From positions 1,302,001 to 1,366,000 of the forward strand of contig NIVC01000010.1 of assembly GCA_002269645.1 (NCBI GenBank): a stretch of 64,000 nucleotides of DNA, given 5' to 3'. Below, piece after piece: positions 44,753 through 57,580 of the stretch. A program made the translations under genes and the position numbers. Origin of the DNA: Macrostomum lignano (Eukaryota). Position 1 is the first letter of the stretch. Each line of letters begins with the position of its first letter. Below the pieces are notes generated by a model. The model made no database searches. It had not been told where the DNA came from and saw only the letters and a list, made by a program, of their open reading frames with translations.

Positions 44753-45763
44753 AGCTGGCTGTATTGACCGAAGTACTGACGGTGCCCGCACTATATCTGC
44801 TGATTTGGCGATCGAGATTCTGCTTAAAGGATACTAGCACTGATGGCCATGAGCCGCTCCCGAGATTCCATCGGATACATCTATCTTGGCAGGCCTCGGG
44901 CGTGATGGGCGCCCGGGCGACATCGACCTCGCCAGACGCGAGAAGCGGGTCGGAGGCTGCTGCCTTTCGATTTGTGCGGTCAGTGCTGCCATCACACGGA
45001 GGCTCTGACTGTAGCGGTTATTTTTTTGGTATCACTGCCTTCTGTCTACGAAAGCAAAGGATGGCACACGAAAACCAATTTCAATGCTCAGGCTACATTT
45101 TTCCGTAGCCACAAGCCTACTGCCGAGCTCAGGTCCGTAGTGTAAAGATCGGTGGGGGAGTCTCTCGGACCGATGTGCGAGTTTATTTAACTTTACGGGG
45201 GGAGAAAGTTTTTAGCTCCCTCCTCAATTTTATTTTCCTCGCCTTCTAGGCACACGTCACGGGCTGCAGGGGGTGGCAGGGGCGCGGTTCGATCGCCCGT
45301 GCCAAAGCCGCCACGCGCAGCAGCCCGTATGCCGCACTTTAACGCGCGACCCTACTCTCCTTGCATGGATAAATCATGGATGAAGCATCCATGATGCCAT
45401 GTATGGATCATACCTGAACATGTATGGAGCCATACCTGATCATACATGGTTCCACGTAAACTTCATCCATGGTTACTTTCCATCCATGTACATTGATGTA
45501 TGATTTTAAATATAATTTTCCTTACTACACTACTGTTAGTAGAACGCAATGTTTGCGTAGGTTCATTTTAAAGCTGAAATTTTCTAAACAAATTCGGCAG
45601 CATCTTTAGTGCTGCTGAGAAATATGTTTCCATTCCCTTATAAATCACTTTCAAAACAAAAAAGTATCAGAACAAATACTTATGCAATTAAATGTAGAAG
45701 TAATTGAAAACTCGTATGATGACCATTTCGAGACTTATATTATTAATGATAATTAGGCATAAT

Positions 45764-46240
45764 TCATTTCAAAGTACTGTAAGAAAAAATAAGACAGCTC
45801 AGTCTCAGAGAGCTTTAAAATACAGAATGGACAGAATTTGACGCATTTCAAGGTACTGTAAGAAAAAATAAGACAGCTCAGAGAGCTTTAAAATACAGAA
45901 TAGACAGAATTTGACGCATTTCAAGGTACTGTAAGAAAAAATAAAACAGCTCAGAGAGCTTTAAAATACAGAATAGACAGAATTTGACGCATTTCAAGGT
46001 ACTGTAAGAAAAAATAAAACAGCTCAGAGAGCTTTAAAATACAGAATAGACAGAATTTGACGCATTTCAAGGTACTGTAAGAAAAATAAAACAGCTCAGA
46101 GAGCTTTAAGATACAGAATAGACAGAATTTGACGCATTTCAAGGTACTGTAAGAAAAAATAAAACAGCTCAGAGAGCTTTAAGATACAGAATAGACAGAA
46201 TTTGACGCATTTCAAGGTACTGTAAGAAAAAATAAAACAG
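45764..46240 (+). repeat. 73-bp tandem repeat (~6 copies) inside the transposon, downstream of the transposase
   Basis: CATTTCAAGGTACTGTAAG.. recurs at 45844, 45917 and onward. Confidence 0.92.
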
Positions 46241-46569
46241 TAAATTTTACTGAACAGTCAATAAATAGAATTAGCCGAATTCGGTACGCATTAAGGGCAA
46301 GGGCCGACTAATCCTTTACGAAACGAAGTTAATGCTGCATTAGTCAATTATTTGCGCACAGAAACTTGGAGATTTTGAATATGGAGAGATCGGACAAAGA
46401 GAGGTAACGGTGGGAGTCTGAGAGGGAGGAAGTTGGGCATCTGGAAAGTTATTCTGATTCCCTGATGGTTTTATCTTGGTCATGGAGCATAATTTTATTT
46501 TCTGCCAGACTTTGCAGCATTAATAATAAAATAATCGGATCTAAGGTACGGACACATACTCGTACCTTT

Positions 46570-48870
46570 TTAATCATGTTCAAACTCTTTGAACAATGGC
46601 ACAGCGCAATAACAGTCTTTGCTGAACGATTCTACTGGAACAGCGATGCAGGGTCGATCGACCTCTGAAAAATTAACTATACGTTCGCGTCTGGCCGATC
46701 TGGGCGCATTAGACAGGGATATCAATACAAAATTGAATGTCGAAGACTTTTTGAACATGGATTCCAGCAATGCTTTCCAATTAAGTAAATCGATGGGGAA
46801 AGTTGCTGCTGGTACTCGTAAAACAAAATCAAACAGCGAACCAATGGGATCCAAAATTTGCACTCGAATAGTATTAGGCTCGAGGAACTCTGCAATAGTG
46901 CAGATTTCGCCGGACTTCAATTGGCAAAGATGGTTAGAATTTTTCGACGCACAAGCTGAGCTTGTCGAGAAAAAATGTCCATTAAAATAAGCAAGTGAGT
47001 TTCGAAGAATACCATGTGGCCTGGATGGCTCTAAAGATATAGAGTTAACTGCATCCACTACAATAGAGTCCTTAACACAAGAAAAGTAGTGATGTAGCAA
47101 CTTTTGAAACAAAAACTTGCGAACAAGCTGTGGGCCAAATGACACAGTTCCGCATAAGAACTTTTTGAACATGCCAATGGAGCTCTCAAATGCGAACATA
47201 GAATAATTAAATACAGGTCCGTACAATTCGTACTGTTCAGCCATATGCAAAAGCAGGTGGAAATTAAGGCGGAGTACTTTCGGTCCGAATATTTGCTGAG
47301 CATTGGAGATAAAAGCTTTGCATAGCTTTTCGATATCAGTCTTATTTGATTGGGGGCTATACAACATGTGATAAATAAGAACTAAATTAGTTAACAGCAG
47401 TTTCAATGGAAAATGCGAAATTCTCTGCAAAAACGTAGGAAGAAGAAAGTATAGCGCAAAGTTTTTAAAATGCTTTGCTTTCCAATCTGAAAAGCCTTTA
47501 AAATTTGTGTTGATTGTGATGCTAGAAGGAGTTATAGATTGACGAATACAATTAGATATGAAATCCATGCAATTAGCTGAGCAAAAATACAACTCGCGCC
47601 TGTTTGCAGGTAATGACAGCTCTTCTAGTAGATACTTGGTGTGGCCTTCGAAAAAGCAGTGTAAACTGTCAATAGGATTGCAGCTGGGAAACGGAACATA
47701 GTCTAACAAGCAACTGCGCATCTTTACGCCAAAAACAGGCCGATTTCGAATTTGTGCGAGCCGACAGTGTTCAAGATGGGAAGATGGGTTTCTCAAAGGA
47801 AACAAGTAGCCTTCACCATAGCGGAAGATCCAGTTTTTACCTTTCTCGGATACTTTAAAGCTCTCACCTGGGTGCAAGCACCTAGGACAGCTAAACGCAC
47901 CATTGTACTGGTGAATGCAGAAGAGCTTAGCAAGAGCGGGCAAGTCACAAACAAAGAGTGTGTAATGGACATGAACGGTGTATTCCGAGAATATAAACTG
48001 TTTTGGCAAATTGTTCATAATTTCAGACAGAAAAGACTGGAAATGCGGGACTGCCTTCGATGAAACAAGAGCAATTAGAATTAAATTTGCAAAGCGTTGA
48101 CGGATGTAAACAGGAAGGTTTAGAAGTTGAGCCTGAAATGGCCAAAAGCTACTCTGAACAGATTCAAAAAAATTGGCGCCATCAGCTGAGATTAGAAGAT
48201 GCAAGTGAAGCGACTTGCCAGAAGATAGGCTTAAGCCTTGTTCTTTAACTATTTTGGAATTCAAAACGTCTGTGTTTTTATCCTTTTGCAATTCTTGCTC
48301 ATACTGCAGAATAGTTGAAGTGTGGCTGCTTAAGATAGTCCGCAGCTGTGGAACAATATTGAGCTGTGTCACAGCAACCTTTGACTTTGGGGAATGAACC
48401 TGACACTGGCTTTTGCATTCTGGGCAAAAGCCAAATTCAGACACGTCACTATCATCAAGAGGGCAAGTATCTTGAATCAATGATTTGAGCAACTTGACGC
48501 TATTTGGAAGAGCTAGAGAATCTCTACTAAAAATAGAAAGTAGCTTCAGGAGTCTATCAAGAGCAGCCTCTGAAACTCCGGAAGTAATTGCCCACTGAAA
48601 AATCAGAGCCGCCTGCACACTGGGATCTGAGATGGAAGCCAAATTCGCTAAGCTATCTGAACTCTCCTCAAGCACAGGCACAGCATTGTTTTCACCAATA
48701 AAAGTTTCCACAGCGTCAGGACAGCTGTGCGAGTGCGTTACACCGGCTTCGCTTGAAATTGAACTCCTATTACTTGTAGAAAAACTATTTGAGGGAGAAG
48801 AAATCGCCTGACAAGAGTAGGCTGAGTAATTAGTAGAAAGAGAGTGCTCAGATTCTGATTTACTAGACAT
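46570..48870 (-). CDS. EnSpm/CACTA-family DDE transposase, 766 aa, intronless
   Basis: Motifs SADGA..SFWP, DLPA.AKL..HQYNG.F.C..C, DSLH..EG..K, W.AKHFKNF, NFHLLLH and YGP..YS.FAFES. Confidence 0.9.
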   Translation of the reverse strand: MSSKSESEHSLSTNYSAYSCQAISSPSNSFSTSNRSSISSEAGVTHSHSCPDAVETFIGENNAVPVLEESSDSLANLASISDPSVQAALIFQWAITSGVSEAALDRLLKLLSIFSRDSLALPNSVKLLKSLIQDTCPLDDSDVSEFGFCPECKSQCQVHSPKSKVAVTQLNIVPQLRTILSSHTSTILQYEQELQKDKNTDVLNSKIVKEQGLSLSSGKSLHLHLLISADGANFFESVQSSFWPFQAQLLNLPVYIRQRFANLILIALVSSKAVPHFQSFLSEIMNNLPKQFIFSEYTVHVHYTLFVCDLPALAKLFCIHQYNGAFSCPRCLHPGESFKVSEKGKNWIFRYGEGYLFPLRNPSSHLEHCRLAQIRNRPVFGVKMRSCLLDYVPFPSCNPIDSLHCFFEGHTKYLLEELSLPANRRELYFCSANCMDFISNCIRQSITPSSITINTNFKGFSDWKAKHFKNFALYFLLPTFLQRISHFPLKLLLTNLVLIYHMLYSPQSNKTDIEKLCKAFISNAQQIFGPKVLRLNFHLLLHMAEQYELYGPVFNYSMFAFESSIGMFKKFLCGTVSFGPQLVRKFLFQKLLHHYFSCVKDSIVVDAVNSISLEPSRPHGILRNSLAYFNGHFFSTSSACASKNSNHLCQLKSGEICTIAEFLEPNTIRVQILDPIGSLFDFVLRVPAATFPIDLLNWKALLESMFKKSSTFNFVLISLSNAPRSARRERIVNFSEVDRPCIAVPVESFSKDCYCAVPLFKEFEHD

Positions 48871-48919
48871 AAAAATAGCAATTCAAATATTCAAAAGTTA
48901 CTAGAATTTTTTCCGCAAT

Positions 48920-50869
48920 TCACGGTCCCATTCGCCTTGAGCGGGAAATGGAATCCCCTGACTCGGGTCCAGAAGCAGCAGTTGAAGTTCGCTTTCTCGC
49001 CCGTGTCTCCTCCCTGGCCAGCTGATTGAGATGGTCTCGTACAGACTTCCAGATTTCGTGGAAGTCGTAGCCAGATGTTCGATAGCACAATTGAAGCAAA
49101 CCTGAAAATTCACGAGTATAGTAAAATATTTTTACAATAGACATTGTGTACTGTGTTTATAGTAGAAATAGGCTAAATTTAAAAGGAAGTTGATTTATGA
49201 TGCTAATCATTAAATAGGTCAATGGGATGTATTGAACTTTAGAACTATTTTTCCTCAATTTCTTTTATCTCAGACCTAAATGTGTTTTTTAGAAAATATC
49301 CCAAGTATTGGATTCAGATCATTTAGCATTAATTAGCCTAAATTGCTTTATAATAAAAAAATTGCACAAAACTGTGAAAAAATTATATATATATATTTAC
49401 GTTGAAACTCTGTCACATGCTCAGATGGAGCAGGCCTTCGGGAACTGCGAGCACCACAGGATGAATCGATTATATGCTCAAGCAAGTAGCCTTCGCCAAA
49501 TCGCAGCTTGATATACCTTCGGAGGAACACCTTAGGATCGTTGCAAAGAATTGAAGACAGCTCAGCTAGGGAACCATCAATGCACCTAAATTCCTAAAAA
49601 ATGTTATTATATAGTAGAACTTTTATACTACAGACGTGATGCTGCTGATGCTAAGAAAAAACTGACATACCTCATTTTGGTATTCTTTAATTGTTAGCAT
49701 TCCACCAAAGTTGTCATCCTTTTTTAAAAGTCGGCATATCCTTGCAGCAAGACGCTTCTCAAGAGAAAGCAACTCGGATTGAATGAACAGTTTTAGATCT
49801 AGAGTAAGATATATGCTCATATATAAAAATATGGTGATTTTGATTTTTAATAATGTGATTGTATCATATTAAAAAAATAAAATTATACCTTTCATTGTTG
49901 CATCCGATTCACTGTTTACTATCTGTACCCCTCGGAGGGGTTGCACTTCTTGAATTGCACCTAGTGATAAAAAAGGCTTATTGCTACAAAAATATTGACT
50001 CATTTGGTATTTGGTTTTCAATTAGGTGTAATAGAATATACAAACTTGATTCCAAGAGGCCTGTGGCACGAGCTTGCTCATTTTCAACCAAAGATGCCTC
50101 TCTCTCAAATGCAGAAATGGCTTTTTCTAAAAAATAATAATTAATCAAATAATACAACAAAAAAAACAAATTGCAAACAATTAATAGTTCATATATATTG
50201 CAGTTTTACCCATTGATTGAGTAGCTGGTATCGCCAAATTTGGTTCGCCACTTTCACTATCCACTTCATAAAGCTCGTCAAGTAGTCCATGCTGATGACA
50301 ACTAGAACTTGAAGCAACCTGCTTTGAACTAGATGACCTTATTGTCCTTACATTTGCAATGCCAGCTTGGGGATCTTTCATTGCAAAAAGCTCAATAGCT
50401 TGGCTAATCAATGAATCAGTATTTTCAGCCTCACTAACCAAGTTGGAAAGTTGGTTCATAGTTGAAGCCATTTGCCTTTCACTACCTTTTGCCACAAGTG
50501 TAGCAGAAAATAGTTTGCCATACATGCGTAAAAAGACTTTAGTCCCCTAAAATATAATTTAATAAAGTAATATTACATTTGTAGTTGGAATAATTTGTTT
50601 TAGAAACCATGTACTCAATAACAAAATATTATGCATATAAATCCAACTTAAAATCTTACTTGTGCAAGTTCCAACTTTTCATCATTAGTTATTGTACTTG
50701 GCCAATAGGGAGACCCAAATGCAATGGTCACATATTGCTCATCATGGCCAACATTGTGAAGAATAAAGCAGAAAAACAATGCTGAATTGTCATTTCCAAA
50801 TTTAGAAGTACTTTTTGTCTGCTTTCGAAGAGGCCTAGAATTAGATGCACTTAATCCAATATCATCCAT
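48920..50869 (-). CDS. 7-exon transposon accessory gene, ~400 aa, C-terminal BEN-like domain; exons 50869-50660, 50546-50210, 50126-50046, 49960-49889, 49798-49671, 49593-49401, 49101-48920
   Basis: Six GT-AG introns with mutually consistent phases (0,1,1,1,0,1) give 1203 nt with no internal stop. C-terminus FLRRYIKLRFGEGYLLEH..SCGARSSRRP..VTEFQRLLQL..EIWKSVRDHLNQLAR resembles the BEN fold (inference). Confidence 0.82.
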
Positions 50870-52743
50870 AACAATTTGTTCTGAAAAAGTTTCACAAGGA
50901 GATAAGGTTTGAAGAATCAATCAAGAGGCCAATGACAAACCAATTAGAATTGTATATAAAAAAAATTTAATGTAGGGACCCTAGGCCCCTATGATTTTAA
51001 ATAAAAATTATAATATAAGGCCTAGGCCCTATATATAGGCCTATAATTATAAAGTTGTGCCATTGTGGATTTTCTGATACAAAGTAGACAATATTAGGCC
51101 TAATTGGGCCTAGTCTAGTCTAGTTTTGATTATAGACTGTATATTAGATACAAAGGACATGAAAGGTCTCGAAATTAAGTACCAATTACCATAATATACT
51201 ATTATTTTTTATTATTTTGAAACTGTCAGCCTACCATGTGATTTTTATCATTAGGCTATGGCCTAGGTCTAGGATGCCACTTTAGACTAGGCCTTTGGCT
51301 TTGGTTAGGCCAACCTATCATTATAAAAATGCAGCAAAATATCATTCAAAAATATACATCTAACCCCTATAGGTTATCTTTGCATCCCAAATATAATATA
51401 TAATAGGGTTTCTATTTTCTAATATATCTACAAATACAATTTTCACTGAAGGAGTGAAGATCAAAATTAGCATGTCAAAAAACCTTACAAGCCACCGAAT
51501 TTTAAAACTAGCTACCAAAAGTGGAACTGGAAGTATATAGCTAAGAAAAAACATAAACATAAACATAGCACATAGTGACACATAATGAAATGATGACAAC
51601 ATGCAAGAGTGACAGAGTCCTCTTAGAAAGGAAAAATAGGCCTAGTAATTTATGTTTATGGGAAGTTAAGTCCGTAATTATCTAAACCGAAACAAAATGG
51701 CCAACAAAATTGCTGGTAATATATTCAAAGCAATTTGTAGGTGAAGATTTTAACAAATTTATTAAACTATTTTTTGTATTTACAATTTCGCTTTTATTAA
51801 ATATATTTAAAACTTTATTAGATATACATAAAATAGCCTGAAATTTTTTATAAGCTTAGTTATTTATTTTCCCGTATGAACTCCCTGACATGGATGATTT
51901 TACCATGGAAAGTTTTAAAAATCCATGCATGAAAATACCATGAACATGCATGATTTATCAATGGATCATGGATCATAGATGATTTATCCATGATAAGAGA
52001 GTAGGGGATCTACACAATCATTCGTGTGGGTTGATCAGCATTTAAACGCTGATACTGACTGAATGCACTAGGCTGAAAATCTTCCAGACGATCGTAGAGA
52101 TCGCCTTGCTGTATAAACACCAAGACCTGAACGCATTGCTGACCGAGCCTCTCAAGAAGGAGCTTGACGGGACACACGGTATGCCCATTCAAAAATTCAC
52201 TAAAGGAGTAGTAAATACACAAAATTTTAAAAAAATTTAATGATTACTAATAAACATTTAATCTATATGAAGAATCACTTAAATTAGTTAAAATAAATCG
52301 TACTCTTTGTTTTACTTATTTTTATAAGTTTCAACTGTCGTGTCTTCTATGAAATTATGCAAGCTTAACACGTGTTGACGGTGACTCGGTGAGCTCTCGA
52401 GCAGATCAAGCAAATAAGCTTATTATTATTCCATCACATGTACGTTGCTTTCCGTGGTATCCTAAAAAGCAGTGCAACCTCATGTACTAAGTTTTATATT
52501 AAAAACATGATCGAGCATACTTCTTTGTAGTATTCTATAGAGGCAGGCTTACAGGCTAGTAAGCCTAATTCATAGGCCTATTTCCGAGTATTCTAATAAG
52601 AACGTGAGTTGTCACTAACTGACAAGTTGTCAGTTGAGAAGTCAAGTTGCTGTTGTTACGGAGCCTGCCGAAGTCCTACGAATCTGCCAATCGTCAATGA
52701 TTCATTGAAAGCGTCAGCGTGCGAGCATTGTGTAGGCCTACAG

Positions 52744-52857
52744 GGGTATCTTCAAGTTTCGTTCGTTTAATTCCAACACCCACCCCCCCCCACCACCCTT
52801 GAATAGAGGGCGAAATAATTCCGGAAATAATTAAACGAACGAAACTTGAAGATTGCC
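52744..52857. mobile_element. 114-bp MITE, ~30-bp TIR, 8-bp TSD GCCTACAG (hAT/P-like)
   Basis: TCTTCAAGTTTCGTTCGTTTAATT and its perfect reverse complement. TSD at 52736-52743 and 52858-52865. Confidence 0.8.
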
Positions 52858-54822
52858 GCCTACAGATACATGCCTGCCCTTGTTACCTATACTTTGAGAA
52901 GTAGGGCTTAACTCAATCAGTCTTAACTGTCTTAATGCATTTAATTTTTCAGCAGGACAGGTTTTTTCCTATTTTTTAGTATAGCAGTAGTACATTTTGT
53001 ACAGATTGCAGTTTCCTGCAATAATGTTTAGGCCTATATAAACTTAAAAGCCATTGTTGTATATGTATTAGGGCCTTTATTGTACATCCATTAGTATTTC
53101 CTATTTAAAATTATAGCTTGCAATGGTCTTTGCACCAAAGATAGAAGATGAAGATTGGTATGAACTGATGTATATTATTATATCAACTCATCAATTTTAT
53201 CAATTTATTATTATTAGTTATTATTCTATCATTTATCAGTTTATAATACATCCATTATATGAATTGTATATATTCTTAATTAAAAAAATTTTAGGTTCTC
53301 TTAAAAATGCTTCTTCTAATGTATAGTTCAGTTGCTATATTGAAACTAAATAATCATTTTATACAATGACATCTAGCTTTGCTATAAAAACATGTTGCTA
53401 CTGATTAACACTTGCCTGTCTAATGTTTTATTAAATGAGACTTTATTCTATATTGATAGTTTAGATACTATACTTCAGTAGCTCATATTGAGTGTATGCC
53501 ATAATACACAACAAGGAAATTTTTGTTTACACACTAACTGCATGCTGTGCTTGCCAATTGCATATCAAAACCCATAGTCTCCCCGATATGCCATGCACCT
53601 GGGAACATTTTTGGGCTCCTAAATAGCTGCATGCCACACGTGGGAGGATGTTAACCTTTGAATAGCAAGAGAAAGTATATTTTGAAACTGAGTGATAATT
53701 CTATGAAATGCAACCTGGGTTTTTTTTGTCCATAACTTGGTTGCAATTCTGCACCCTGTGCTAGATTTCAGGGTGTGATTTTCAAGACCAAGATACGCTG
53801 CACATCCATATTCCATAACACTAAATTGTGAAATCCGCATTGCATCCTTGCAAAAAGTTCTGGTGCGCTTTTTGTACCCTGAGTCAAATTTCAGGGTGCA
53901 TTTTTTAAGACCAGGATGCTATTTGCACCCATTCGCACAAAAAACCCAGTATGCAACAATCAAAACAAAAAGTCAAATATAGTATGAACTTTTTAATTTA
54001 CTGACTCAAATTCATAGTTATAACTTCATATTATATTTATAAAAAAACTAAAATGTTAAGCTTCTAAATTTTGCAAAAAAAGGTTCGTCACTTCTTTAAA
54101 ATTTGCAAAATCATTGCAAAAAAATTATGCATTTACACTTTGCTTAGTCTAAATTTGCTTAGTCTTCTTGTCTTGTACGCCGTGCACAACGCACACTGGA
54201 CACTAAAGACTCTTGCATGCTGGAATTTTCCATGGAAAGTGGCCTCCAGGAGACTATAGACAAAAACAAATTTGTAATTTTTAGTAGATGTAATACCCTA
54301 ACTGAAATGAAAATCAAAAGCTTCTTTTAAAACTTAGAATGATTTTCATTTCATTGCACTTTTGATTATATAATTTGTATTTGTATTTGTGATACAAACA
54401 AGAATCAAGTTAAAATAAGTAGACAATGTAGGCAATACAATGTAATTATTAAAAATTTGCAAAAAATATACAACATATAATATAGTCCATGTCCCTACAT
54501 CTCACATATGCCATTCTATGCCATGTCACCTACTACCATGGTATGCATTGCCAAAATTGATGCCAATATATGCCAGGTTTTTTTCTGGTAGGGCATTTAG
54601 TTTACTTATAGTAATTGATATCCCTATAGGAAAAAGTTGTAAAACTGCGGACGGTGTCCGGCGCACTTTTGAAATGTTTCTAAAGTGCAGCGCGCGCACA
54701 GGCGCATCGCCTGCGCGCGCGCTGCCCTTTCTTACTGGCTGCTGCTCTAGCAAATACATATACATGGAAATGGGTATAATACCTCTGTTGAAGGGGCTTA
54801 TACACTCGTAATTTATTAAGCT

Positions 54823-55134
54823 TAGAGATGTTCCGAAAATTCAATTTCAATTTTCCAAAATTTGAAATTTTTTAGAGCGAATTTCAATTTCGAAAAAAAT
54901 TAAAAAAGTGAAAATTTTGGTAGTGTCTAAAAAGTCGCTAAAAATAAACTACTTTCTACTACATATACATGTATTACTTCTTGCTTAAGCAGTAAATTGA
55001 AAGTAGAAAAGTGAGTGTTGATCATACTAAACTTTGTTTTTCTAAATTATGATTTCAGGAAATTTCAATTTTGATTTTGGAAAGTTAGCGAATTTTGATT
55101 TCGACGAAACTGCAGATCTTTTGGAACATCTCTA
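54823..55134. mobile_element. Old hAT-like MITE (TAGAGATGTTCC TIR)
   Basis: 12-bp perfect TIR. The 8-bp flanks match at only 5/8 positions. Confidence 0.5.
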
Positions 55135-55417
55135 ATAATCCTAAAGCGCGGTAAAATAGTTTGACTCTTTTCTAAAGCGCGCGTCCGCGGGTTCTTAACA
55201 TTTATTCCAATAGGGATTGATATATGCTATTTTTGCAATTAGATAAGAAATAAATTTATACTGGTTAGGATCAACATTTTTATCTTCAATATTATTTACT
55301 TTATGTGATGCTGATGCAAAGTATTAAATTGTATTTTTAGCAACATATTTTACCATAAAAATCATTCAATTTCAGATAATTTGCACTTTGATTCTTGCCT
55401 TTAAAATCATAAATAAA

Positions 55418-57173
55418 ATGGACACTAGCAGCAAGAGCAATGCAGCAAACTTTTCGATTCGAAGTCAAGAAGATCTCATTGGCCTGATGTCTATGGCAAA
55501 GATCTCTACCTCGGAGGTACAGCCAGTTGTGCAAAGCGTTCACTTTGCCAATGAACTGCTTGATGATCAAGTGATGCTGCTAGAACTTGATGAAGCTCTG
55601 CTAGCTAAACTGATCAATGGAGAAGATCGATTGGAGGTTAAGGGTTCCATTGACCAGGAGGCTGTGCTGTGCACCAGCGAATGCACTTATGAAGTGCGCG
55701 AAGTTGAAACTTCTAATAGTTTGATGTTGTCAACTGACACTCTGATGCCACCAGCCACTGCCTCCGCCGAGGGAATCGATGGAGGAGGCATTCAGGTTAG
55801 AGAGTTGGACTTTGTTGTTTTTAATTGCTTCAAGTTTGCTTTTAACCAGCAAGTTTGTTTTCATATTGTTCCAATACTGTACTCAGCCAGATTGCATGGC
55901 TGATTGCAGTTTTGGCGCCATACATGAGCAACACCTGGTCAACCCGGCCGTCTGGCGAGGGGCCTAGCCAAAATAAGTCTGAAAATGCCCAGCCCAAAAT
56001 GTAAACGTAGTACTAATTAGATGACGAAGCATCTAGCCTTGCTTCGGCTGCGGCAAGCAAGCTCGAAAGAGCTCGCTTCGCTCGCTCTTTCTCGCTATCT
56101 ACCATCTATTGCCAGGACCTGCACCGGAGCGGTTACGAAAATTAGATTTCTCGGTAGTTGCTCGCACTCTTTTGCACTACTTGAGTAGTCTGATTTTCGT
56201 TCGGCATGGCTGGTTCCAGCAGGTAGTTCCTCTGGATAAAAGCGCTTACCGCGCCCATTGGCTTTCCAGCTGCCTTAATCGTTTCCGGTGATCTTGTGTG
56301 CGTGCATTCAGCTTAATTGGCTGCGGCAAGCAAGCTCGAAAGAGCTCGCTTCGCTCGCTCTTTCTCGCTATCTACCCTTTATAATAAAGTCATAGTTACC
56401 CCTGCCGTTTACCCAAAATTGCGTTAATTTGCTTAGGTTCAGTTCATAGGTTAGTCGCATTTTTTGTTACAAAGTGAGTCGCAAAGCCGGTGTTAATCAG
56501 GTGGTTTACGCATGTATGATTGGCGCGCTTGCATATGCTCACTGCTCAGGATTCATTCAGCGGAATGGGCAGATGGAAAATACATGAACTCACCTGTCGC
56601 TCAGGTGCGCCGCAGCTCAATAGCCGCAGTGAAGCACAGCTACGCCGAGCTCAGACGATTGAAACCCGGGCCAGCCTCTCTGCGCTGCCTGCTGCCACAG
56701 TCTGCCAGCTATCGCGGCCTAGTTGAAGAGCAGGAGGCGGATGCCGATGCTGCAGCTGCCATAGCCGCCGAGTCGCCTACAATGGAACAGCTGAGAACTA
56801 CTGCTCAGGTATAAAGTTTATATAGCCAGGCGTTCTTAAGCTATTTGGTATGCTATCAGTAGCGTAGTACTGCACTTTTAGCCACATCTATAGGGTGGTG
56901 AAACTGCAAAATAATTCGACATGCTGTTCAAAACGTATAACATTTTTTTACATTGTAAACATTGTTTTACAAATAAAAGGAATTTTGTACCCAGAAAGTT
57001 TCTTAATATGGACAGCAGAAGGCTTCAGTATCAACTAATGTGTATCAGCCTGGATGCATCAGCGAGTAGCAAAGTTCAGGGCAGACCTCGAAATAAAAAT
57101 TACCTTTAGGTGAGCAGGACAGGACAGACGGACACGAAGACAGACAGACAGACACCAAGACAGACAGACACTA

Positions 57174-57210
<37 letters not shown>

Positions 57211-57225
57211 CTACTTAAGACGCTA

Positions 57226-57262
<37 letters not shown>

Positions 57263-57367
57263 CTAAGCAAGACAGACAGACAGACAGACACTGCTTAAGA
57301 CACTAAGACAGACATACAGACAGACAGGCAGACAGACAGACAGACAGACACTAAGACAGACAGACAA

Positions 57368-57414
<47 letters not shown>

Positions 57415-57461
57415 CTACTTAAGACGCTAAGACAGACAGACAGACAGACAGACAGAGACTA

Positions 57462-57492
<31 letters not shown>

Positions 57493-57505
57493 GACTAAGA
57501 CAGGC

Positions 57506-57536
<31 letters not shown>

Positions 57537-57549
57537 GACTAAGACAGGC

Positions 57550-57580
<31 letters not shown>

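Larger units (their letters stand above)
45350..52006 (-). mobile_element. Apparently complete autonomous CMC/EnSpm (CACTA-like) DNA transposon, 6657 bp
   Basis: TIRs CCCTACTCTC(C/T)T..CATGGATAAATCAT at both ends, 2-bp TSD GA (45348-45349 and 52007-52008), CATGG/CCATG subterminal repeats, and two intact internal genes. Confidence 0.9.

Noticed and set aside
42246-44840. 864-aa and 797-aa Pro/Ser extensin-like ORFs
   Set aside because: Complement of the 16-bp G-rich array, open in several frames.
52010-52222. 70-aa ORF next to the transposon's right end as the interrupted host gene
   Set aside because: It stops before the insertion site, and I could not join it in frame to sequence left of 45350.
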